From assembly GCA_963849325.1 (NCBI GenBank), contig CAWKHF010000001.1, positions 480,001 through 544,000 of the forward strand: DNA of 64,000 nt, written 5' to 3'. This DNA is from an uncultured Planctomycetota bacterium (GTDB lineage Bacteria; Planctomycetota; Planctomycetia; Gemmatales; Gemmataceae). The notes beneath the pieces were generated by a model. That model did not search any database and had not been told where the DNA came from. It saw only the letters and a program-made list of their open reading frames with translations. Positions within the stretch are counted from its first letter, which is position 1. Each line of letters starts with the position of its first letter. This document shows, in pieces, positions 9,076-21,406 of this stretch. The translations under genes were made by a program, and so were the position numbers.

Positions 9076-10594
9076 TTAGGCGATCGTCATCCAGGTCGGC
9101 GCTGGTCGCTGGGCTGTGCCGAGGAAGCGGACCAGCGGGCCGCCGGGTCCGAGGCGAATCCAGTCGCCGGAGTGCAGGGCGGTCGGCTGCGTCACCAGGC
9201 AGTCGTTGACGAAGCGTGCCGTGCCGGCTGCGGTCGCGCAGCAGATACACGCCGCGCGTGAAGGCGATCTCGCAGTGGCGGGCCGAGACGCTCGGGTACA
9301 ACTCGCGTCTCGAAGACCAGGTTGCAGGCCGGATCGCGGCCAAGCGTGAACAGGGGACCGGACAGCAGATGGTCCTCGCCGCGGTAGTGCAGCCGCGCCG
9401 GACCCCGATCGTCGGTCGCGTCGGAACCGGCGCGGCCCGGCAGCGGCACGGCGTCGAGATGGCCGCGCGGCAGCTCGCCCCGGTGCTGCCGCAACGCCAA
9501 CTCGAAGGCGGCGCGGGCCACGGCGTCGTCATCGAGGACGTGAACGCGGGCCGACAGGACGTGTGCCCTCGACCAGGTCTTCGCCGAAGTCGGGGTTGTC
9601 CTCGTCGCCGGACGCCTCGGACTCCGGGCGAAGGATGAGAGCTGTCCAGCGCCGCGACCAGGCCCGGCAAACGACCGGCCGGCCCGGTCAGCAGCACGGC
9701 GCCGACCGGGCCGAGCGCGGCGATCGACGTCAGAAAGTCCTGCGTCTCGGCGATCGCTCGCCGCACCAGCGGGTCGCACAGGGCCGACAGCTCGGCCGGC
9801 GCGAACTTCAGGTGCTGATACCAGTGCGGCGTTTGGATGACCATCTCGGCCGGCTCGCCGGCGGGGCGCGACGTCCAGCAGAGAGGCGAGCTGATCGAAG
9901 AGCGCCTGCTCGGTCTCGGCGGACTCGCGCGGATCGCGGCGGCTGAGGCGGACGCAGCGATGAGCGGCGCCGTCGAGCAGTCGGCCCAGCCAGGCGCCGC
10001 GCGCCAGCGGCGGAGCCGGTTGGGTGTGCAGCACGTGCAGCACATCGTCGCGCACGGCGACGGCCGACCACGTCAGGGCATGGCCATCGAGGTCGAGGAC
10101 GACGGCCAACCCCGACCAGGGCAGATGTTCGTGCGCGGCCAGGGCGACGGCCAGCGGCGACGGTACGGAGCCGAGCAGTGCGCCAGCGCGCCTTGCCGGC
10201 CAGGTTCGCCAGCAGCGCCGCCTGCGCCGGACTGAAGTATGCCGGCAGGGCCACGGTAACACCCTCGGCCTTGCCGATGCCGCTGCTGCAGATGTTCGCA
10301 GACCAGGGCGCAGGCGCGGGCGGCGTCGAGGCGATGCCGGCCGGCGTCCCAGGTGCGTGCGTCGCCGAGCTAGGGCAGGAAATCGAGACAGGCCAGGTGC
10401 GGCGACTTGCGACACAGCGCGGCGCCGGCCCGGCCGACCTGCGGCTGACGTTCCTCCAGGCTCAGCGCCAACGGCAGTTCGCGGCCGGTGCCGTCCAGCG
10501 GCAGCGGCATCGGTACGTGGGGACCGGACCCGTGACCCTCCCCTTGAATCGCCCGGGCGCGCGTGGCATTCAGGTCCAGGCCGATCAGGGTCAT
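9076..10594 (-). CDS. Degenerate Hsp70/actin-fold domain + C-terminal FHA domain (frameshifted)
   Basis: LIGLDLNAT, LPAYFSPAQ, VVLDLDGH and VLLTGPAGRLPG resemble DnaK NBD motifs; FTLGRDPAC...SVSARHCEI...DRSRHGT is an FHA signature. Confidence 0.72.
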
Positions 10595-10605
10595 GGTGCG
10601 TCTCC

Positions 10606-10669
10606 CGTTTAGCCGCGACGTGCAGCGGAGCGCGGGTTGTCCGCGCTCCGCTGCGCGTCGCGGCTGAAC
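10606..10669. repeat. REP-like palindrome family A, copy 1
   Basis: TTTAGCCGCGACGYGCAGCGGAGCGCG-loop-CGCGCTCCGCTGCGCGTCGCGGCT; other copies at 43295, 46489, 56019, 59752, 63941. Confidence 0.9.
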
Positions 10670-10670
10670 T

Positions 10671-11496
10671 CTAACTCGGCATTCGAACTTCCGCATGGGC
10701 CTCCGGCTCCAGATCGTACAGGCGCGTGACCAGATGTTCCAGGCAATACTGCTGGCAATCGATGACCAGCGCTTCCTCGTCGCGCTGGACGGAGTGGAGC
10801 AGGAACATGAGGACCAGGCTCAGGGCCAGGGCGATCAGCGTGCAGTCGAAGGCGACGTTGAGATGGCGCGTGGCGTCGTTGATGAAGTCGCCGATGGCCT
10901 TCTGCGTCTGCCCGCCCAGCGTCAGGCTGGTGGCCAGGCCGCGCACCGTGCCGAGAAAGCCGATGGCCGGGATCGCCCAGGCCAGGTAATGCACCGTCGC
11001 CATGCTGGAGACGAGCCGGCCCAGATCGACGTCGGCCTGCGTCCGCACGGTCTCGCTGACGTCGCGGCCGGAACGGCTGACGGCGTACTTGCCCAGGGCC
11101 AGGCGGATCATGTTGGCCAGGATGAACGGCCCGCCGCGCGCCGCCCGCTGCTCGACGCGCCGCTGCAACAGCCGGGCATCCTCCGGCAAGATGCACACGC
11201 CAACGTCGGTGGACAGCAGTTCCAGATCGAAGGCGCGGCGCTGGCGGCGCACTTCGAGATACCGGCCCAGCAAGATGAAGCCGGCCCAGGTGAAGCCGCA
11301 GTAGCAGGCGATCTGTTCGGGGCCGAGCAGTAGCCGGCTGAGACGTTCGGGCGTCCACTTGGACCAGTCGTTGCCGCTATCGCCCTTGCCGGCCGACCAC
11401 TGCCAGAGCGGGATGCAGATGGCGCAGACCAGGGCGAGGGCCAACAGCAGACAGCGGCCATTCGCGCGTGGGGCGATGGGAGGGAGTCAAGGCCAT
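10671..11496 (-). CDS. MotA/TolQ/ExbB proton-channel family protein
   Basis: LAWAIPAIGFLGTVRGL...VAFDCTLIALALSL TM pair; probable start ATG 11496 with an early indel. Confidence 0.88.
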
Positions 11497-11743
11497 GCCG
11501 GAGTCCGCGGGGGCAACAGGGGATCGGACGGAAACGACTCAAGGAAATTGTGGGGCATGTCCGGAGGGGTTGTCAAGTCTGGCAGGACCGATTCAAGCGC
11601 TGATAGGCAGGCGCGGCGGAGCGGCTCGCCTTCGCCCAGACGAGGAAAACTCATGGCACTTTAATCAGGACCGATTATAGTGGGGGAGGCAACGGGCCAC
11701 GGCCCGGACGGCCACGGTGCCCGCCCGGAAACGAGAATCGAAC

Positions 11744-12418
11744 ATGCGCGTGCTGCTCATCGAGGACCACAAACCGCTGGTCCGCGCCCTCAAGCAAGGG
11801 CTGGAGGAAGAAGGTTTCGCCGTCGACGTCGCCACCGACGGACCCGAGGGCGATTTCAAGGCCCGCACGGCCGAATACGACGTCATCATCCTCGACATCA
11901 TGCTGCCCAAGGTGGACGGCCTGTCGCTGTTGCAGCGCTGGCGCAAGGAGGGCTTGACCACCCACATCCTCGTCCTGACGGCGCGCGGCAGCATGGAGGA
12001 CAAGGTCAAGGGTCTGGACCTCGGCGCCGACGACTACATGACCAAGCCGTTCGAGCTGGAGGAACTGCTGGCCCGCCTGCGCGCCCTGATCCGTCGCGGC
12101 CACCAGGTCAAAAGCCCCCTCATTCGCGTCCACGACCTGGAGATCGACACCGCCAGCCGCAGCGTCAAGCGCGGCGGCAAATCCATCCACCTGACGCCGC
12201 GCGAGTACGCCCTGCTCGAGTTCCTCGCCTTCCACCGCGGCAAGGTGACGACCCGCTCCATGATCTGGGAGCACCTGTACGACGACCAGGACGAGAATAC
12301 GTCCAACGTGGTGGACGTTTACATTCGCTATCTGCGCAATAAGATCGATAAAGGCTTCGATCCTCCCCTCATTCTGACTCGCTGGGGAGAGGGGTACATG
12401 CTGCGGAGCGATGACTAA
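11744..12418 (+). CDS. OmpR/PhoB-family response regulator
   Basis: MRVLLIED, DIMLP, LTARG, GADDYMTKPF, LTPREY, VVDVYIRYLRNKI. Confidence 0.95.
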   Translation: MRVLLIEDHKPLVRALKQGLEEEGFAVDVATDGPEGDFKARTAEYDVIILDIMLPKVDGLSLLQRWRKEGLTTHILVLTARGSMEDKVKGLDLGADDYMTKPFELEELLARLRALIRRGHQVKSPLIRVHDLEIDTASRSVKRGGKSIHLTPREYALLEFLAFHRGKVTTRSMIWEHLYDDQDENTSNVVDVYIRYLRNKIDKGFDPPLILTRWGEGYMLRSDD

Positions 12419-12420
12419 TC

Positions 12421-14302
12421 ATGCGCTCGATCCGCCTGTCGCTGATGGTCTATTTCCTGGGTCTGTTGGCCGTGGCGTTGACGGCGGCATCGCTGCTGGT
12501 TTACCGCAACGCCGAGAAGACGTTGGCGGCCAAGCAGCAGGCGACGGAGCAACTCATCCGCGCCCAGTACAACGACCGCTGCCGCGAGCAAGAGAAGCGC
12601 CTGGACGACGCCTTGCTCTTGCAGGCGCAGTGCTGGCCCGGCTGGTGCAGGTGCAGCTCGACTGGTATCGGGCCGACCTGCAACCGCTGTACCTGCTCGG
12701 CTTGCTGTCGGCGAACCTCAATCCGAGCGGCTACGTGCTGGCGCCGACGTGGCTGGCCGAGGGAGCGCCGCCACCGCGACCGTCGCGGCCCGCGCGCGGC
12801 GAAACGCCGCCGCGCGAGGAGACGGGCCAGCGACCGGAGCCGCCACGCCTGGAACCGCCCAGCCCGGTCTACCTCGAATTCCTCCGCCGCAGTCTGACCG
12901 GCATCAAGCTCAAGGATGAGGTGGTCCTGCCCAGCGACGGCCAGGTCTGCGACTATTTCCAGATCGACGCTCCGCCGGGCAAGGCGTATCATTCGCCGTC
13001 GATGGGCAACCGCTCGTTTCCGCTGGACCCGTCGAAGTTCCACCCCGATCAGCTGTTCTACTGGGTCTACGACGACCGGAAGCTCGATGCCAACACGCGG
13101 GTACGGCGCGTGGTGTTCAAGGCGTCGGGGGTGGACATGGCCTCGATCCGCACCGGCCCGTCGGGTGCGTCGCCGGGCCGCCGCGATTCGTTCCGGCCTC
13201 CGAGGGTGCGCAGCAGCCGCACCATCTACAGCCGCCCCATCTACGTCCACTGCGCCGCCGACACCGGCCAGCGCGACGCGGCCATCGCCGGACTGGCGCG
13301 GCAGCGCGACGAGGAGTTGGCCGACACCGCCGCCCGCACGCGCGATTCCCTGAACGACCTGCGCCTGCTGGTTGCTGGCCATCAGTCTGGCCGTGTTCGG
13401 CGCCACCGGCGTCGGCAGCTTCGGGCTAGTACGGCTGGGTCTGTCGCCGTTGCGGCGTCTGTCCGACGCCGTCAGCCGGGTATCGATCCGCGATTTCCGT
13501 CTGCCGCTGGGCGACCGCCCGTTGCCGCTGGAGTTACACCCCATCGTCGAACGGCTCACGAGTACGCTGGCGCTGCTGCAGCGCGCCTTCGCGCGAGAAA
13601 AGCAGGCGGCGGCGGACATCTCGCACGAGCTGCGCACGCCCTTGGCCGCCCTGCTGACCACCACCGAGTTCGCCCTGCGCAAGCCGCGCTCCGCCGGAGC
13701 AATACCGCGAGCTGCTCGGCGATTGTCACACCAGCGCCCAGCAGATGAACCAGATCGTCGAACGGCTGCTGACGCTGGCTCGCCTTGATGCCGGCGTGGA
13801 TCGACTGCGGCTGCAGAAGGTGGACGTGGCCGCCCTGGCCCGGCAGTGCGCCGCCGTGGTCCGGCCGCTGGCCGAGGCGCGTGGCCTGAAGCTGACCGTT
13901 GACGACGACGCCGTTTCGCCGGCGGCGGGCGGCGATGGCGCCTGCCTGGTCGAGACCGACTCCGACAAGGTGCGCGAGGTGGTGACCAACCTGCTGCACA
14001 ACGCCATCCAGTACAATCGGCCGGGCGGCTCGGTCGGCCTGCGCGTGGCGCGACAGAACAGCCGCCTGGAGCTGGAGGTGCGCGACACGGGCATCGGCAT
14101 CGCCGCCGAGGCCCGCGGCCGCATCTTCGAGCGCTTCTACCGCGCCGACCCGTCGCGCGGCAGCGACGAGCTGCACGCCGGCCTGGGACTGGCCATCGTC
14201 AAGGAATACATCGACCTGATGGGCGGTTCGATCGGCGTCGAGAGCACCGAGGGACAGGGCAGCACCTTCCGCGTCCTGTTGCCGGTGCGGCCGATGACCT
14301 GA
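12421..14302 (+). CDS. Sensor histidine kinase (TM-periplasmic-HAMP-HisKA-HATPase; frameshifted)
   Basis: ADISHELRTPL H-box, NLLHNAIQYN, DTGIGI, FERFYRAD, GLGLAIV. Confidence 0.9.
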
Positions 14303-14314
14303 GAGTCAGTCCGG

Positions 14315-14353
14315 TAAGCCCCTCTCCCCCGAAGCGGGGGAGAGGAGGGCTTA
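14315..14353. repeat. CCCCTCTCCC...GGGAGAGG hairpin repeat
   Basis: TAAGCCCCTCTCCCCCGAAGCGGGGGAGAGGAGGGCTTA; related pair at 48696-48792. Confidence 0.7.
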
Positions 14354-14393
14354 GCCGCGAGCGGCTTCGCATCCCTCTTTTTCGGGAGCATTC

Positions 14394-15048
14394 ATGCCGG
14401 TGCTCACGCTGCCACGCCCCCCGAAAGAACGCCGACGATCCGCCCGGCCCGGCCAGCCAAAGACCGCTGGCTGGACGACCCGGAAGTGCGACTGATGCTG
14501 CGCATCCGCGACGGCGACGAGGACGCCTTCCGTCAATTGGCGGAGCGCTACCGCACGCGCGTGTTCGGCTTCTTCTGCCGCCGGCTGGGCGACCGCCAGG
14601 AGGCCGAGGACTTGACGCAGGAAGTGTTGCTTCGCTTGTTCCGTTCGCGGCAGCGCTACCAGCCGCGCGCCCGCCTGGCGACGTGGGTCTTTCACATCAC
14701 GCAGAACGTGGCCCGCAACGCCCTGCGCTTCCGCCGTCGTCATCCCAGCGTGCGCCTGAACGACGGTGATGGGCGATGGACGACCTGCTGGACGTCTTGC
14801 CGGCGAGTGCCGGCGATGCGCCGTCGCGGCCGCTGGAGCGCGCCGAACTGGCCGGCGTCGTCCGCGCCGCCATCGCCGGACTCGGCGAGCGTCAGCGCAC
14901 CGCCTTGGAGCTGCACCAGTTCGAGGACCAGACCTACGCCGAGGTGGCCGCCCGCATGGACATGACGCTCAAGGCCGCCAAGAGCCTCCTGTATCGCACG
15001 CGCAACCTGCTCCGCGTTCGCCTGGCGCCGATGCTCCAGGACGATTGA
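14394..15048 (+). CDS. ECF-family RNA polymerase sigma factor (frameshifted)
   Basis: GDEDAFRQLAERY, AEDLTQEVLLRLF, LATWVFHI, TYAEVAARM...KSLLYRTR. Confidence 0.9.
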
Positions 15049-15063
15049 GCGTCTGTTCCCGAA

Positions 15064-15117
15064 GTAGGTCCGGCGAGCCGAGCCGGACCCCTGTGCCGCT
15101 CGGCTCGCGGCACCTAC
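15064..15117. repeat. GTAG-flanked palindromic REP-like element
   Basis: GTAGGTCCGGCGAGCCGAGC...GCTCGGCTCGCGGCACCTAC. Confidence 0.6.
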
Positions 15118-15296
15118 CAACTACGCCACGCCAACCTCGAAAGCGCTTTAGCGGACCTACGCATCCGGACGCTCGGCCCGCGCCTGCATGAAGTCCGCCA
15201 AAGAACATGCCCAAAACCATTTCCGCATCCGTGAAGGCGACGCGGGAAGCGACCCGCGAGCGGAGGCGCTCGCGGGCCGACTTGCGAGGCTCGGCG

Positions 15297-17660
15297 TCAC
15301 GAAGACGGCGCGTTGGCGCCCGTGAGGGCGCCGAGCGCCACCTCCATGCCGATCAGCTCGAAGAACGAACCGAACGGCCCGGTGAACTGCAGGTTGAAGT
15401 CGATTTGCGCTTCGACCTGGCTCATTCCCGCTGTGTTGCCGGTCAACAGGTCGAGTACCAACTCGAAGCCGTCGAAGATCACGTTCACGTCCGCGACCAG
15501 CGGCGTCGGCGCGGGAGTGGGTGTCGGGGTCGGTGTTGGTGTGGGCGTCGGTGTTGGTGTGGGCGTTGGGGTCGGCGTCGGGGTTGGGGTGGGTGTGGGC
15601 GTCGGTGTGGGCGTGGGCGTCGGCAGCGGCGTGGTAGAAACGTACAGAGTGAAGTTCTCCGTCGCATCGCTGCCGACGCCGTTGTGGGCCGTAAGGGTAA
15701 GGTTATAGGCCCCGTCCGATCCCTGCGCCGGACTGCCGACGAATGTGGCGGTGCCGTCGCCGTTGTCGTGGAACGAGATGCCGCTGGGCAGCGATCCGCT
15801 TTCCTTCAAGCTGGACCAGGGAGTTCCGGTGGTGATGATAGGGGGGGCGTAGGCATTCGGGGCAATAGTCGCCTGGTTGTAGCCGGTGAAGGCGGGTGCC
15901 TGGGGTGCCGCGACCGTGAGCACGAAATTCTGGACGGCATCGCTGCCCGTGCCGTTGTGGGCCGTGATCGTGAACGGGTACGCGCCGGCCGCGCCCGAGG
16001 CGGGAGTGCCGCTCAGGATGGCCGTGCCGTCGCCGTTGTCCGTGAAGGTAACACCGCTGGGAAGTGCTCCGGTTTCCGACAGCGTGGCGTTGGGCGTGCC
16101 GGTGGTCGTCACGGTGAAGCTGCCGTTCAGACCCACGGCGAAGAGGGTGGAGCTATTGCTCGTGATGGCCGGCGCCTGCGTCGCCTGCACGGTGAGCGTG
16201 AAGTTGAAGGTGCCGTCCGTGCTGCCGCTACTGTTCTTGGCGGCGATCGTGAAGTTGTAGGTCCCGACCGTACCGGCGGCCGCGGTGCCGCCCAGGGTGG
16301 CGCTGCCGTTGCCGTTCTCCGTGAAGGTGACGCCGCTGGGCAAGGCTCCCGATTCCGTGAACGTGTCCGGGTCCGCAGGATTCGCTCCGGAGACGGAGAA
16401 GGAATTGCTCTGGCCGACCGCCCAGGTCAACGCCGGCAGGGTCAGGCTGCTGCCGCCGGAAGCCTCCAGGGTGGAACCGTCCACGTTCGTCAGGCTGGGC
16501 AGGGTGGTCGAGCCGGCCGTCATGGAGAGCACGCCGTTGGTGAAGGTGGTCCAGGACTTGGCGAGCTGCGGGTCGGTGCCATCCAAGGTCACGGAGACGC
16601 CGTTGAGATTGGCCAGGGCACTATTGACCAGAATACTGCCGTTGCCGATATCGGTGACGGCGAGGTTGTCGCTGGCGGTGCTCTCGTCGAGGCTGCCCGT
16701 CAGGCCGGTCAGCTTGACCTGGCCGCCCCTGCTGGCGAGGACCTGCCAGTAGGCCGCGGGCAGCTGGGTTACGCGGGTCAGGGCCGACAGGTCCAGCACA
16801 CTGCCGCTGCCGACGGACGTGAATTCACCGAGGCCGCCGTAGCCGGCGGTGGGATTGCCGGCCACGAAGTGAGTCACCCCCGGCAGGGCCAGGCTGCCGC
16901 CTTCGACGTCCAGGATGGAGCCATCGACGTTGGTCAGGCCGGGCAGGCTGTACGAGCCGCCCTGCACCTCCAGGTAGCCGTTGGTGAACGAGGTCCAGGA
17001 GTTGGCGAGCTGCTTGTCGGTGCCGTCCACGTAGACGCCGACGCCGTTGAGGCTGGTGAGCTTGCCGTCCAGAAGCGTGCCGTTGCTGTTGGCGAAGATG
17101 CCAATGCCCCCACCCTCTAAATCGCCATTCGGCCCGATGTAGGAGGAGGTGAGGCTGGTCAGGGTGGGGAAGCTCAGCGTCGCGCCGTTGCTGACATCCA
17201 GTTGGCCTCCGGTGATGGTCGTGTTGCCGTCGGCCGTCAAGCTGACGCCGGAGCCGGTGGCGGTCAGGCCGCCGGCCGTCATCGACAGCGGGCCGTTCAG
17301 TGCCGAGCTGCCGGAGGTGACGGTCAACGACCCGCCGGTGATCGCCAGCGTGTCGTTGCTGCCGGTGCTGAGACCCTGCACGGTGATGTCATCGATGTAC
17401 TGGATGGTGATGGTCGCGGCCGAGGTCGTGATGATGACGGCGGTGTCGCCGGCGCCGGGGACCTGGCCGGTGCTCCAGTTGGAGGCCACGTCCCAGTTGC
17501 CGCTGCCTGGGTTGATCCACGTGTCGGTCGCCGGAACGATGCGGACCTCCAAGCCCTCCAGAGACAGCGGCAGGCAGCGGGGCCGTCGCCGCGCCTTCGC
17601 GGCCGGCCGCGCGGCTGGGGACCTCCACGGGAACAAGGGAGCGATCCAGGTGCGAATCAT
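15297..17660 (-). CDS. Secreted surface protein 1: planctomycete export N-terminus, beta-helix-like region, three Ig-like repeats, PT stalk, conserved C-terminal domain
   Basis: [11 protein letters not shown]; repeats [24 protein letters not shown]; (PT)~17; C-terminus shared with 21407-25103. Confidence 0.85.
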   Translation of the reverse strand: MIRTWIAPLFPWRSPAARPAAKARRRPRCLPLSLEGLEVRIVPATDTWINPGSGNWDVASNWSTGQVPGAGDTAVIITTSAATITIQYIDDITVQGLSTGSNDTLAITGGSLTVTSGSSALNGPLSMTAGGLTATGSGVSLTADGNTTITGGQLDVSNGATLSFPTLTSLTSSYIGPNGDLEGGGIGIFANSNGTLLDGKLTSLNGVGVYVDGTDKQLANSWTSFTNGYLEVQGGSYSLPGLTNVDGSILDVEGGSLALPGVTHFVAGNPTAGYGGLGEFTSVGSGSVLDLSALTRVTQLPAAYWQVLASRGGQVKLTGLTGSLDESTASDNLAVTDIGNGSILVNSALANLNGVSVTLDGTDPQLAKSWTTFTNGVLSMTAGSTTLPSLTNVDGSTLEASGGSSLTLPALTWAVGQSNSFSVSGANPADPDTFTESGALPSGVTFTENGNGSATLGGTAAAGTVGTYNFTIAAKNSSGSTDGTFNFTLTVQATQAPAITSNSSTLFAVGLNGSFTVTTTGTPNATLSETGALPSGVTFTDNGDGTAILSGTPASGAAGAYPFTITAHNGTGSDAVQNFVLTVAAPQAPAFTGYNQATIAPNAYAPPIITTGTPWSSLKESGSLPSGISFHDNGDGTATFVGSPAQGSDGAYNLTLTAHNGVGSDATENFTLYVSTTPLPTPTPTPTPTPTPTPTPTPTPTPTPTPTPTPTPTPTPAPTPLVADVNVIFDGFELVLDLLTGNTAGMSQVEAQIDFNLQFTGPFGSFFELIGMEVALGALTGANAPSS

Positions 17661-17736
17661 GGTGCGTACCTCCTACGACGATGGGCTGGTGACGGGTCGG
17701 TGTCAGCCGACCACGATTGGACATTGGGTTGTCGGA

Positions 17737-17762
17737 AAGTACGAGTTTGCGGGGATGATCCT
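17737..17762 (-). promoter_or_regulatory. Bipartite AGGATCAT-N11-CGTACTT motif upstream of surface genes (also 21207-21232, 25178-25203)
   Basis: Identical boxes and spacing, 75-77 nt before three ATGs, although the spacer of copy 1 is unrelated. Confidence 0.6.
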
Positions 17763-17894
17763 ATCAGTCCAATCGATGGAAGGCAACGATTTTTGGCTCG
17801 GTTAAGAAAATGCGAAAATGAGAAAACGCAACACTCGCGCCGGACGTGGTGCCGGCGTCTGGACGGGGGCCGTTTCGTTCTGGCGCTGGTTTGA

Positions 17895-17960
17895 TTTCCC
17901 GAGCCGCGAGCGTCAGCGAGCGGGAACGGCATCGCTCGCTGACGCTTGCGGCTCGGGAAA
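17895..17960. repeat. REP-like palindrome CCCGAGCCGCGAGCGTCAGCGAGCG...CGCTCGCTGACGCTTGCGGCTCGGG
   Basis: Near-perfect long inverted repeat; half-copies near 21331 and 25305. Confidence 0.75.
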
Positions 17961-18051
17961 GACTGCGCAGGAAGCGGCCCGCGAACGAATCCGCTCGCGG
18001 GCCGGCTAACGAGGACCGACTTCGCGAAGACAACCCCTTGTCGAGCTACGT

Positions 18052-21132
<3,081 letters not shown>

Positions 21133-21406
21133 GGTACAGACCTCCTACGACGCTGTAGTGACAACGAGTCGGCACTCGCCGACTTCCGGGAGCCGCTCAC
21201 TGTAAGAAGTACGGACGGGCAAGTATGATCCTTACGACAAAAAGGACAGAATGCCATTTTATTTTGTCACATTAGAGATTTCTAATGTGCATCGAAGCGC
21301 GCCGTTCCGTTCTGACGGTGGTTCGGTTTTCCGAGCCACGAGCATCAGCGAGCGGGAAGCGGCCCACGAGCGGAGGCGCTCGCGGGCCGACTGGCGAGGC
21401 TCGGCT

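Noticed and set aside
7590-11496. Zorya defence system
   Set aside because: No OmpA-domain ZorB, no long ZorA tail, and no ZorC/D/E helicase or nuclease
11651-11678. Sigma28-like promoter before the response regulator (TCATG...ACCGATTA)
   Set aside because: The -35 mismatches and the 14-nt spacer differs from the 16 nt at the four flagellar sites
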